The notes under the pieces are model-generated. The model made no database searches and was not told the DNA's origin. It was given only the letters and a program-made list of their open reading frames with translations. Made by a program: the position numbers and the translations under genes. DNA of 64,000 nucleotides from an uncultured Thermoplasmata archaeon (GTDB lineage: Archaea; Thermoplasmatota; Thermoplasmata; RBG-16-68-12): contig CAVYJM010000006.1 in NCBI GenBank assembly GCA_963768855.1, positions 992,001 through 1,056,000 of the forward strand, read 5' to 3'. Positions 38,889 to 49,516 of the stretch are shown in pieces. Position 1 is the first letter of the stretch; the number at the start of each line of letters is the position of its first letter.

Positions 38889-38989
38889 CCGCCTCGCAGG
38901 GAGGGTCGTTCTTCTCGTCCAATTTGTGCATGCGGGGGGCCGCCTTGACAAACCCTCCATGCCGCCATCGTCGGACGGCTTCGAGGTGT

Positions 38990-39005
38990 GTCTCAAAATT
39001 GAGAC
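38990..39005. promoter_or_regulatory. Operator-like palindrome GTCTCAA-AA-TTGAGAC
   Basis: Perfect 7-bp inverted repeat upstream of a TTTTATAT box at about 39020. Confidence 0.55.
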
Positions 39006-39038
39006 CGTTGACAATTCCGTTTTATATTCCGCGCTGGG

Positions 39039-39269
39039 ATGAGTCCACTCTCCATGGACCGCGACCGCATGAAGTACTTGTTCAGGGAGATCCTCGGCGT
39101 CGACGTCGACGAGGTCGTCCGGCAGGTCGTCGCCACGATCGCAGTGGAGCGTGCGAAGCAGGCCCAGCAGAACAGCCGGGACTGGAAGAAGTACATGGAG
39201 GCGGAGGGCGGCCTGATCATCCTGCCGTCCAACGTCACCCAGTTGGGGAGAAAGGAGTCCAAACCGTGA
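39039..39269 (+). CDS. Hypothetical 76-aa protein
   Basis: Host-like codons, own TATA-like box. Alternative start ATG 39054. Confidence 0.7.
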   Translation: MSPLSMDRDRMKYLFREILGVDVDEVVRQVVATIAVERAKQAQQNSRDWKKYMEAEGGLIILPSNVTQLGRKESKP

Positions 39270-40744
<1,475 letters not shown>

Positions 40745-40758
40745 GCGATGATCCGCGC

Positions 40759-41391
40759 CTAGGCCTGCCAGCTGACCGACTGAATCTGGGATCCATCGGA
40801 ATACAGCAGATAGAATGTCAGCGAGGTGCCAGCGGCCGGTGCCGACGGGAACGCGATGGTGAGCGTGTCGCCCGCGTTCACGGTGCCTTCGCCGCCCAAA
40901 TCGGTCCATGTAATGCCGACCGTGGCGGGGATCGCAGCCGTGGTCACGCGGACGTCCTGTCCGCTGGTTCCCATGTTCACCGCTGTTCCCGTCGCCGTCC
41001 CGATCCCGAAGTTCAGTTTGAAGTAAGACGGGGACACCGCCGGCGATGCGGACGCCACCGAGAATGTCCATGTCAGGGAGTTCATCTTCGTTACGGAGCT
41101 GAAGGTCACGAAGGGCTTCGCGTAGCCGGGACCGGGCGTGAGGAGTCCCGAGACCATGATGTAGAGGACACCTGCCAGGACCGTAGGTACGGCGATCACG
41201 AGCACCACGATCAGGACGATGATCCAAGCTACGTTGTCCCTCCTGGGCGGAAGCACCGGATAGACCGGATAGCCGGCCGCAGCCGCGACGGGTCTGCCGC
41301 AGGCCGCGCAGAAGTGGAAGGGAGGGACCAGCTCGCTCCCGCAGTAGGGACATGCCGTAATCCGCATCACCTCCAGCCTCGATACGCCCAT
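40759..41391 (-). CDS. Zinc-ribbon, TM, pilin-like ectodomain protein
   Basis: CPYCG...CAACG; VLAGVLYIMVSGL; beta-rich C-terminal domain. Confidence 0.75.
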   Translation of the reverse strand: MGVSRLEVMRITACPYCGSELVPPFHFCAACGRPVAAAAGYPVYPVLPPRRDNVAWIIVLIVVLVIAVPTVLAGVLYIMVSGLLTPGPGYAKPFVTFSSVTKMNSLTWTFSVASASPAVSPSYFKLNFGIGTATGTAVNMGTSGQDVRVTTAAIPATVGITWTDLGGEGTVNAGDTLTIAFPSAPAAGTSLTFYLLYSDGSQIQSVSWQA

Positions 41392-41539
41392 GAATCCCGA
41401 GGGACAAAAGAGTTGGGGCGGTCCGCTTCCTCGTCCCGGCGTGGCGTTATCCGGGCGTCTCGTTTGTCAACCGGCTCGCCACCGAAGGGCTTAAGAACCG
41501 AGGCCCGAATACGCCCGCAACAGAAGGGATGGTGAGCGT

Positions 41540-41812
41540 CTGCTCGGAGAAGTCTCTGAGATAATCGGGCTGCAGGTCTACACCCAGAACGGCGTGTTCC
41601 TGGGCAATGTGAACAACTTGGTCGTGGACGTCGACAACGGCGCCGTCGACGGCATCTTCGTCGGGGAGACGAATCCGCTCCTCGTCGAGGGGAGCCGCGC
41701 GGTCAGCGTCCCGTACCGCTGGGTGCAGAGCGTCGGGGACATCGTCGTGCTCCGGTACTTCCCGAAGCGCGTGACGGCGAAGCGTGGCGCGGCCCCGGTG
41801 GCCCCGCAGTAG
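41540..41812 (+). CDS. PRC-barrel domain protein, probable CTG start
   Basis: LLGEVSEIIGLQVYTQNGVFLGNVNNLVVD...VPYRWVQSVGDIV. Confidence 0.88.
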   Translation: MLGEVSEIIGLQVYTQNGVFLGNVNNLVVDVDNGAVDGIFVGETNPLLVEGSRAVSVPYRWVQSVGDIVVLRYFPKRVTAKRGAAPVAPQ

Positions 41813-41867
41813 AGTGCCTCCTGTTACTTACGTCAGGTTTATCCTGCCGGCCCTCGATAAGTCGGGC

Positions 41868-42299
41868 ATGGCCCGCGCGGGGTTTGCGACCAAACAGCAG
41901 CCCGCCGCTCGCTTCGAACTCCTCGACATCGAACTCCTCCATTGCCATGAAGAGATCCAGCTCCCTCTCCTCGAGCGCGTGATGGAGCAGATCCGCGAGG
42001 ACGGCTACGTGAAGAAGCCGATCTTGGTCGCGGACAAGGTCTGGGTCATCCTCGACGGGCATCACCGCTACGAGGCCCTGCGGCGGCTCGGTTGCCGTCG
42101 CGTGCCCGCGTACGTGATCGACTACTTCTCGGACGTCGTCGATCTCACGCTCTGGCCAACCGCGAAGGAGAAGGACGTCCGCAAGCAGGACGTCGTCGAG
42201 CGTGGCCGGGCGGGCCTCCTCTACACGCCGAAGACGACGCGGCACACGATCAAGATCCACCTGCCCGACGTGTTCACGGACCTCGAGGACCTGATGTAG
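41868..42299 (+). CDS. ParB/Sulfiredoxin N-terminal-domain protein
   Basis: HEE...KPILV...ILDGHHRYEAL. Confidence 0.85.
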   Translation: MARAGFATKQQPAARFELLDIELLHCHEEIQLPLLERVMEQIREDGYVKKPILVADKVWVILDGHHRYEALRRLGCRRVPAYVIDYFSDVVDLTLWPTAKEKDVRKQDVVERGRAGLLYTPKTTRHTIKIHLPDVFTDLEDLM

Positions 42300-43245
42300 T
42301 CTCGGCCGGTGCGCGGCCTTCCGGGAGAAGCGGGCTCGGCTTGCGCTTTCGGCGACGGACCAGGAGGACGGCGACCGCCGTCGCGGCAACGAGGAGCGAG
42401 GCGAGGACGATCCACTGGACCCCGGTCAGTCCGAGGAAGGTGGGCGTCTCGAGGGCTTGGTAGCGGTAGGAGACGAGTGTCGTGACTGCGGTCAGATTGC
42501 CCCCGCTGTCATAGGTCTCTGTGCGGACCTCATTCCCGACCATGGGGGACAGGAAGAGGCGTTCCCACGTGCCGTCCGGGGAGTCCACGCGGAGGGGATA
42601 CGACTCGAACGTGCCGGCCGGGGTGTCCACGGGGACCGCCTCAGAGAGGGAGAACCCGACCACCTCCTGCGTCGTGCCGTTCTGGCGGTAGTGCCCGGCC
42701 ATGGGGCTGTAGAAATCCTGCGTGAAGTTCGCTTCCTCCGTGACGTTCCCCGACATTCCGACGAACATGGGGTAGCCCCATTCGTCGGAGAGGATGTGGA
42801 AGAGGGTCGTGTTTTGGATGCGCAAGGTGAAGGGGAGCGGGATCCCGTAGGTGTACGTGCCGTTCACGAAGAGGTCGAGCAGGTTGTAGACCGGGTGGAG
42901 GTTCGTGGGCTCGAACCGCTCCTCTCCCGTGGCCGTCCACCGCCCCGAGATCGTGACGGTCCCGGTCGAGTTCGTGATTGCTCCGGATGCGATCCCGGCC
43001 CCGCTCAACACGACGCGGTACGCGTCGACCGTCCCGCCGCCCGCGGCGGTGGGCTCCGTGCCGGTCAGGGTCGAAGTGGCGGTCCCCGTCAGCCAGAGGC
43101 CGGGGAGGATCGTGCTGTTCGTGCGGTAGCTCCAGGAGTCGCCCGGCGTCCAGGAAGGCCGGTCCAGCGACCCGCCCGCTGCGGTCGCCATGGGCCCCAC
43201 GAGCGCGAGGGCCACGAGGACCGAGAGCCAGCGGATTCCGGGCAT
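42274..43245 (-). CDS. Secreted/surface protein with C-terminal anchor
   Basis: Signal peptide, Thr/Gly-rich beta domain, VPAG-like AVPVDTPAGTFE, TM helix then RRRKRK. Confidence 0.75.
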   Translation of the reverse strand: MPGIRWLSVLVALALVGPMATAAGGSLDRPSWTPGDSWSYRTNSTILPGLWLTGTATSTLTGTEPTAAGGGTVDAYRVVLSGAGIASGAITNSTGTVTISGRWTATGEERFEPTNLHPVYNLLDLFVNGTYTYGIPLPFTLRIQNTTLFHILSDEWGYPMFVGMSGNVTEEANFTQDFYSPMAGHYRQNGTTQEVVGFSLSEAVPVDTPAGTFESYPLRVDSPDGTWERLFLSPMVGNEVRTETYDSGGNLTAVTTLVSYRYQALETPTFLGLTGVQWIVLASLLVAATAVAVLLVRRRKRKPSPLLPEGRAPAETTSGPRGP

Positions 43246-43286
43246 GCCGATGGGATGCGAGGCGGGCCGAGATAAAGCTTCGCCGC

Positions 43287-43796
43287 TCAGGGCGACTCGT
43301 CGACCACGTCCTTCCCTCGCGCGCTCGGTCGGATGCGGAGGCGGCCCCGGAACTCCCGACGCAGGCCCCCGCCTTCCAAGAGGCGGTCCAGGAACACAGC
43401 CAGTGCCGCGACCTCCGAATGGGGCTGGTTGCCGATGGAGACGTTGACGTCCGCGAGCCGGAATACGTCGGCGGGCACCTTTTCCGCGCCGACCACGACG
43501 AGCAGATCGTCCCGCGGCAGGGTCGGGAGCACCTCGTCGAGCCGGAGGCCGTACATCGTGAGGTGGACTTTCGTCCCCGGGAACTCCCGCATCGCGCGGC
43601 GCCACGGGACGCCGGTCTCGAGCTCGAACGGCCCCCCGAATCGGCGCACGAGCTCCCGGACCGTCTTCTCGAGTGCAGCGTCCTTCGTGTCCACGAGGAC
43701 CCGCTCGGCGCCGAACGCGCGCGCGGTCAGGGCGACGTGCGTCGTGACGCGCTTGTCGCGGGCCGGCCGGTGGCCGATCCGCAGGACCGTGATCAC
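43287..43796 (-). CDS. tRNA (cytidine(56)-2'-O)-methyltransferase aTrm56
   Basis: LRIGHRPARDKRVTTHV, VHLTMYG, VGAEKVP, GNQPHSEVAAL. Confidence 0.96.
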   Translation of the reverse strand: MITVLRIGHRPARDKRVTTHVALTARAFGAERVLVDTKDAALEKTVRELVRRFGGPFELETGVPWRRAMREFPGTKVHLTMYGLRLDEVLPTLPRDDLLVVVGAEKVPADVFRLADVNVSIGNQPHSEVAALAVFLDRLLEGGGLRREFRGRLRIRPSARGKDVVDESP

Positions 43797-43800
43797 CGCG

Positions 43801-44298
43801 TCAGTCCTCGAAGCGGATGATCCGGTGGCCGCGGAAGTCGAGCCGCGGGGAGCGTTTGACGAGGGCCTTGAGCATCGTCTGGGTGACCTTCAGTGCGTCC
43901 GCGACGTCGCCCGAGAACTTGCCTTCAGGACCCACCATCTCGAAGATGTTCTTTTCGATCTTCTCGTAGTCCGCCTCGGGCATCATCGCGGCATGCAGGA
44001 CGTCCGAGATCTCCTGGACGGGGGCCGTCGCATTGATGTGGAAGGACGAGTAGAAGGCGTGGTAGGCCTTCTCTGGCGAGGATCCCGCCCCCGTCTGCCA
44101 CTTCGTCTCGACGAGCTTCATCTTCTCGAAGAACCGCAATGCGTCGAGGCCCTGCGCGCCGAACTTGTCCTCGATCTGCTTCGCGGTCTGCCAGTTCGCG
44201 GTCACTTCCTTGAAGACGTTGCTCTTGATCTCCGAATCGACCGCCCGGAGGATGGGGACCAGCTCTGCAACTTCACTGACAACCTTGATGCGATTCAA
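43801..44298 (-). CDS. Conserved archaeal ArsR-like protein
   Basis: Pattern recognised as a euryarchaeal wHTH family (ALRFFEKMKLVETKWQ). Confidence 0.7.
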   Translation of the reverse strand: MNRIKVVSEVAELVPILRAVDSEIKSNVFKEVTANWQTAKQIEDKFGAQGLDALRFFEKMKLVETKWQTGAGSSPEKAYHAFYSSFHINATAPVQEISDVLHAAMMPEADYEKIEKNIFEMVGPEGKFSGDVADALKVTQTMLKALVKRSPRLDFRGHRIIRFED

Positions 44299-44507
44299 AT
44301 CAATCGACTTCCCCTTTATCGGCCTGTGGCGTTATAAGTTTAATTCGAACGCTGAAAAGAATTTCGTCGTGCTACTGCGAGACAAGGGAAGGACCGCCCT
44401 TTCCGTTCGACGGTTTTCGCCCATCCGGGAGACCACCGACCCCGGGTCACGGGGGACGCTGAGGCGAAAGTCCTTATGCCCGGGGCCGGCATGGCATCTG
44501 CGATCCG

Positions 44508-44801
44508 ATGAAGGTACAGGACCTCCGAGCCGAAGCGAAAGTCGACGTGCTCGAGCTCATCGTCAAGGAAAAGGGCTCGCCGCGCGACTTCACGAGCCGA
44601 TCCGGCTCGTCCGGGAAGGTGTGCGACGCGAAGGCCGTCGATGATGCGGGCCAGGAGGTTTCTGTGAGCCTCTGGAACGACGAGATCGAGCGCGTGTCCG
44701 CGAACGATCGCATCCGCATCACGAACGGGTGGGCGCGGGAATGGCGGGGGAACCTGCAGGTCACTGCGGGCCGCTTCGGAAAACTCGAAGTCCTAAAGTG
44801 A
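44508..44801 (+). CDS. Single OB-fold ssDNA-binding protein
   Basis: MKVQDL...VSLWN...IRITNGWAREWRG.LQV..GRFG. Confidence 0.88.
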   Translation: MKVQDLRAEAKVDVLELIVKEKGSPRDFTSRSGSSGKVCDAKAVDDAGQEVSVSLWNDEIERVSANDRIRITNGWAREWRGNLQVTAGRFGKLEVLK

Positions 44802-45398
44802 CACCCAGGCTGGCAGCAAGAACGCGGCGGCGGCGAGGAGCGCGTACGGGACGAGCTGCATGAGCAGGTCGTCATCCACCTGGGGGACGAACGGTCCCTC
44901 GACCGCGATCGCGGCCAATGTCGCCAAGGCAGCGAACACGAGCGGGCCGGGTCCCTGGACGAAGCCCAAGACGTACTCGGTCCCGAGGAATAGCACAAAG
45001 TACGCGACCGCGGGAATCGCGAGCGACCATTCCCGCCTTCGGGTGTAGGCCGCGAACGGGTCGATCCACGCCATCCCGAGGAAGACGGGCACGACGATCC
45101 GGGGATCCTGGACCAGGAAAATGCCGATCGTCAGGCCGAGCAGTCCCTGGGCGTAGGCCGAGACGCGCTGCCCCTCGTAGGGCCGCATCCCGAAGAGGCG
45201 GACCCCGAGGGCGATCCGCGCGATTTCGATGCATCCCGCGGTCCCGATGAAGAGGATGGCCAGGCTCAGGCGCGTGATGTTGGGCGTGATGGACTCGGGC
45301 AGGAGATAGTACGCCAGGAACGCCGGTGAGGCGATGTGGAACGCCCGCCGGAACGCCGCCCCACGGTCCATGTCGCTCCACTCAGCGCGCTCACTCAC
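44793..45398 (-). CDS. Dolichol/phytol kinase-like membrane protein
   Basis: RRAFH start, hydrophobic, WIDPFAA, VDDDL. Confidence 0.7.
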   Translation of the reverse strand: MSERAEWSDMDRGAAFRRAFHIASPAFLAYYLLPESITPNITRLSLAILFIGTAGCIEIARIALGVRLFGMRPYEGQRVSAYAQGLLGLTIGIFLVQDPRIVVPVFLGMAWIDPFAAYTRRREWSLAIPAVAYFVLFLGTEYVLGFVQGPGPLVFAALATLAAIAVEGPFVPQVDDDLLMQLVPYALLAAAAFLLPAWVSL

Positions 45399-46854
45399 CG
45401 AACTCGTGCCCGCGCCACTTCGCCTCGATGCCCTGAAGCAAGAAATACGTTGCTCCTCCGAGCACGAGCAGGACGAGGCCGATGCCCGCCACCGCGAACC
45501 CGAGGTCCCGGTCGATCGTGAACGAGAGGATCGTCAGGCCGAGGTCCGGGAGCATGGAGAGGATCGTGAACCGCGCGAGGACGCCCGGATCGAACAGGAA
45601 GGAGTTCGTGCGGAGTCCCGTGAGGTACGCCGTCATCGTGACCATGTAGACGGAGGTCACGAGCGCCACGGGGATCGCGAGCCACAGGAGCCGCGTGTCG
45701 CCGTTGAGCCAGCCGATCCCGATCACGAAACCGACCGTGATCCAGGTGGTCATGAGGAGGAACGCCAGGAGCTTCGACCGGATGACCTGAGGAACGGAGA
45801 CGGGGAGCGTTGCCAGGTAGTCCATCGCGTCCACGTTGTTGAGCCAGTTGTAGAGCATCACGCCGAAGAACCCGACCATCCCGGCGTAGAAGACCGTGTT
45901 GAATCCCACGGGGACCTGGAGGCCATAGCGGACGAACCAGGCGGTGAACGAGAGGAACAGGAGCGGAGTCACGAACGAGAAGAACATCTTCGCGAAGGTC
46001 CCGCTCCGCTTCAGGTCGACGAGCTCCTTCGCGAGGAGCGCGCCGTATCGCGGGAAGCGCGCGAAGCGAGCGGCGTACCGGGAAAGCTCCTCCCGGGCCA
46101 CGACCGCCTTGGGCTCGTAGCGTTCTGGCACCAGGGCCACGGCGGCCGCGGCCAGGAGGGCGACCACCCCGAGACCCAGGGCGGCGTATCCGGCCGCGGT
46201 CCCCAGGTCGCCGGAGAACGGCGGGAGCTGCTCGTGGGCCGCGAGGCCCGGCAGGATCCAGGAGACCGGGATCCACCGGAAGGCGCCCGCCGCGGCGAAC
46301 AAGGCCGAGACGCCTGCGACGGAGACGCCGAAGCCGACGCGGGAGCGCATGTACAGGGTGGAGACGAAGAAGCTCAGGGACATCCCGACCAGGAAGTCCA
46401 GGAGCGTGGCCCCGAAAAGGATGCCGATGCTCGTGAGCCGGTAGTGGGTCACGGGGACGGACAGCGCGAGGCCGATCGTCGCGGGTGCGAGGAGCAGGGC
46501 CACGTAGAACAGGGCGTCGCGGACGTACATCCCGAAGAACGTCCTGCGCAGACGCATGGGCAGGATCCCCGGCATGGTCACGATGTAGTTCCGGGTGCCG
46601 TTTGTCCTCTCGAGGTATTGGCGGCCAAGGAAGCCGAAGGCCCCGACGCTCAACCCGTACAGGAACACGCTGAGGTGGAGGAGGAGGATCGCATCCACGA
46701 GGGGGGTGAGGGAGAAGAGGCGCTGGCTCGTGACCGCGATGGCCAGCGAGAATATCGTGATGATGAACGGGAACGACAAGAACATCGTGCGGCCGGAGTA
46801 CGAGGCGTGGACGCGGAACTCTTCCTTCATCATGAGCGGCAGGAGCCAGCTCAT
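45391..46854 (-). CDS. ABC exporter permease
   Basis: About 12 TM segments, two KE motifs, ATGA overlap with the ATPase gene. Confidence 0.8.
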   Translation of the reverse strand: MSWLLPLMMKEEFRVHASYSGRTMFLSFPFIITIFSLAIAVTSQRLFSLTPLVDAILLLHLSVFLYGLSVGAFGFLGRQYLERTNGTRNYIVTMPGILPMRLRRTFFGMYVRDALFYVALLLAPATIGLALSVPVTHYRLTSIGILFGATLLDFLVGMSLSFFVSTLYMRSRVGFGVSVAGVSALFAAAGAFRWIPVSWILPGLAAHEQLPPFSGDLGTAAGYAALGLGVVALLAAAAVALVPERYEPKAVVAREELSRYAARFARFPRYGALLAKELVDLKRSGTFAKMFFSFVTPLLFLSFTAWFVRYGLQVPVGFNTVFYAGMVGFFGVMLYNWLNNVDAMDYLATLPVSVPQVIRSKLLAFLLMTTWITVGFVIGIGWLNGDTRLLWLAIPVALVTSVYMVTMTAYLTGLRTNSFLFDPGVLARFTILSMLPDLGLTILSFTIDRDLGFAVAGIGLVLLVLGGATYFLLQGIEAKWRGHEFGE

Positions 46855-47567
46855 GGTCGGACCCCGACCAGGCGGAGGAACGCGGACTCCAGATTGGCCT
46901 CGGTGCCGCGGACCTGTTCCACGCTCCCGGTCGCGATCAGGGCCCCGTCCCGGATGACCGCGACGTGGTCGCAGAGGCGCTCCGCGATGTCGAGCAGGTG
47001 GGACGCCATGAACACGGTCCCGCCCTCCGCGACGTATTCCTGGAGGAACTCCCGGAGCTTGCGCTGGAAGATCGGGTCGAGGTTGATGAAGGGCTCGTCG
47101 AGGAACACGAGCGCGGGGTCGTGGATGAAGGCGGCGGCGAGCATGAGCTTCTGACGCGTCCCCTTCGACAGGTCCTTGCAGAGGGTGTCCCGCTCGTCCT
47201 GGAGGTCGTAGAACTCGAGCCACTTGCCCACGCGCGCGTCAATCGCATCCTGCTTCCGCACGCGGACCACGAACTCGAGGTACTCGTACGAGGTCAGGTA
47301 CGAGGGCGGCGACTCGACCTCGGGGACGATCCCGACGAGCGACTTGACCCGGAGGGGTTCCCGGACTACGTCCACGCCGAGGACCCGCGCCTCGCCCGAG
47401 GTCGGGCGCAGCTGACCCGTCAGGATGCGCAGCATCGTGGTCTTGCCCGCCCCGTTCGGACCGAAAAGGCCGAAGAACTCGCCCTTCTCGATTCGCAGGT
47501 CGATCCCCCGCAGGGCCTCGACGGATCCGTAACGCTTCGCGAGATGGACCGCCTCGACGGTGGGCAC
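46851..47567 (-). CDS. ABC transporter ATP-binding protein
   Basis: GPNGAGKT, LSKGTRQK, LDEP, SH. Confidence 0.95.
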   Translation of the reverse strand: MPTVEAVHLAKRYGSVEALRGIDLRIEKGEFFGLFGPNGAGKTTMLRILTGQLRPTSGEARVLGVDVVREPLRVKSLVGIVPEVESPPSYLTSYEYLEFVVRVRKQDAIDARVGKWLEFYDLQDERDTLCKDLSKGTRQKLMLAAAFIHDPALVFLDEPFINLDPIFQRKLREFLQEYVAEGGTVFMASHLLDIAERLCDHVAVIRDGALIATGSVEQVRGTEANLESAFLRLVGVRP

Positions 47568-47668
47568 GATGGGTTCGACGCGTCTCCCGCTATATAGGAT
47601 TGCGGCGTGATTATCGCCGGAGGCAATGCCCCGGCAGATTCAAGTCGCGCGTGCGCCTCGGCGGGCGG

Positions 47669-48070
47669 GTGCCCACGGTCCTGTTCGTCTGCGTCGAGAA
47701 CACGTTCCGCAGCGTGCTGTCCGAGGCGATCTTCAATGCGCGCGCCCCGCCCGGGTGGCGGGCGGAGAGCGCGGGCGTCCACCCGGTCGAGCAGATCAAC
47801 CCCGTGGTCCTCGGATTGCTGCGGGAGGTCGGGATCTCGCTGGGCCCGAAGACGCCGCGACTCGTCACCCCGGCCCTCGTTGCTACGGCGGACCGCGTCG
47901 TGACATTCGGGTGCCTCGACCGATGCCCTCCGGGAGCGCGGGGGAAGGGCGAGGACTGGCCGCTCCCGGGTGCGACGGGCAAGAATCCGGACGAGCTCCG
48001 AGGCATCCGAGACGAGTTGACCCGCCGGATCGATCTCCTCATCCGCTCACTGCCGCGTGCGCACGCGTGA
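47669..48070 (+). CDS. LMW-PTP / arsenate reductase ArsC family
   Basis: FVCVENTFRS (CX5R), AESAG, GCLDRCP, EDW. Confidence 0.88.
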   Translation: MPTVLFVCVENTFRSVLSEAIFNARAPPGWRAESAGVHPVEQINPVVLGLLREVGISLGPKTPRLVTPALVATADRVVTFGCLDRCPPGARGKGEDWPLPGATGKNPDELRGIRDELTRRIDLLIRSLPRAHA

Positions 48071-48119
48071 GACCCGTTTCGGAGGAAAGGTTCAAACGAC
48101 GACTGCGTCTGGCGGGGCC

Positions 48120-48977
48120 GTGAAACCGATTCTTCTCACGCATTGCGGCGCGGGCTCCGATCGAACCGTCCAGGATGCCGCGGAGGCCGCGGGTCGGGCC
48201 GGCCTCGCGGTCCTCCGGCGCGGCGGACGGGCCCTGGACGCCGTCGTGGATGCCGTGGTGCTCCTTGAGGACGATCCGCGGCTCAACGCTGGGACGGGTT
48301 CCCGGATGCGCACGGACGGGCGGATCCAGATGGACGCCGCGGTCATGGACTGGAACCTCGAGGCGGGCGCGGTTGCCGCGATTGAGCGGGTGCGGAATCC
48401 GGTCCGGGTCGCCAGGGATGTCCTCGCGACGCCCCACATCCTCCTCGCCGGACCCGACGCGGAAGCCTTCGCGCGCTCTCACGGCCACGCCGTCTACGAT
48501 CCTGCGACGCCGGAGTCGCGCCGCAAGCTCGAGGATTCTCTCCAGCGGATCCGGGAGGGTCGCTTGCCGCGGTACTACCGAAAGTTCAAGGACCTGGACC
48601 TTCACGGGACGGTCGGTGCGGTCGCGCGGGACCGGCGCGGCCACTGCGCCGCGGGCGTCTCGACCGGCGGGACCTCCTTCATGCTTCCGGGTCGCGTGGG
48701 CGACTCGCCGATCATCGGTTCCGGGATCTACGCCGGGCCGCACGGAGCCGTCTGCGCCACGGGCATCGGAGAGGAAATCATGAAGCGCGTCCTCTCCAAG
48801 TACGTTTACGATCAGATGGCGGCGGGGCGCTCGCCGCAGGCGGCCGCGGACCGCGGCCTCGCCTTGTTCCCTCGCGACGTCTCGGCCGGGCTCATCGTCG
48901 TGGGCAAGCGGGGCTGGGGCGAGGCATGCGCCCAGGACATGGCGTTCTACGCGAGCGCCGAAGGGCGAACTCTTTAA
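48120..48977 (+). CDS. Isoaspartyl peptidase / type 2 L-asparaginase
   Basis: NAGTGS, QMDAA, HG|TVGAV, STGG, GRVGDS, TGIGE. Confidence 0.94.
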   Translation: MKPILLTHCGAGSDRTVQDAAEAAGRAGLAVLRRGGRALDAVVDAVVLLEDDPRLNAGTGSRMRTDGRIQMDAAVMDWNLEAGAVAAIERVRNPVRVARDVLATPHILLAGPDAEAFARSHGHAVYDPATPESRRKLEDSLQRIREGRLPRYYRKFKDLDLHGTVGAVARDRRGHCAAGVSTGGTSFMLPGRVGDSPIIGSGIYAGPHGAVCATGIGEEIMKRVLSKYVYDQMAAGRSPQAAADRGLALFPRDVSAGLIVVGKRGWGEACAQDMAFYASAEGRTL

Positions 48978-49000
48978 GGTACCCCACGTTATCACGCGCC

Positions 49001-49339
49001 ATGGCACTCCGTGCAGGGGAGGGGTCGCACTTGGTTCGTAGGAGCGCACTCACGAGCAAGATCGAGGCGGAGATCAAGCTCCTCCAGAGGCACGTTGCGA
49101 TGCTCAAGGCGATCATGGAGAACCAGCCCATCGGGATCATCCGCCTTTCCGAGCTGCTGGACTTCCCGCAGCACAAGGTCCGCTACTCGCTGCGCATCTT
49201 GGAGCAGGAAGGCCTGATTAAGCCGTCCCCGGAGGGCGCGGTGACCACGGACAAGCTCGAGGAGTTCTTGGACTACCTGAAAGGCGTGCTCGACTCCATG
49301 TCCACGACCGTCGTTGACCTCCGGAAGACGCTCGAGTGA
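49001..49339 (+). CDS. Conserved archaeal HTH protein
   Basis: RHVAML..I.ENQPIGIIRLS....P.HKVRYSLRILEQEGLI.PS.EGA. Confidence 0.85.
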   Translation: MALRAGEGSHLVRRSALTSKIEAEIKLLQRHVAMLKAIMENQPIGIIRLSELLDFPQHKVRYSLRILEQEGLIKPSPEGAVTTDKLEEFLDYLKGVLDSMSTTVVDLRKTLE

Positions 49340-49396
49340 GAGATCGAGCGTCCACGGAACAAACTATTTGAGGAACGCGCCGGTATCGCGGCGCGG

Positions 49397-49470
49397 GCCG
49401 TCGTAGCTCAGTCTGGTAGAGCCCCCGACTGTTAATCGGGTGGTCTGCGGTTCGAATCCGCACGACGGCG
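49397..49470 (+). tRNA. tRNA-Asn(GTT)
   Basis: GCCGTCG/CGACGGC acceptor stem, CCCGA-CTGTTAA-TCGGG anticodon arm, TTCGAAT T-loop. Confidence 0.97.
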
Positions 49471-49516
49471 CTCCCTCTAGGAGTGGGAGGATTCCAATTG
49501 AGGCCATCGGGCGATC

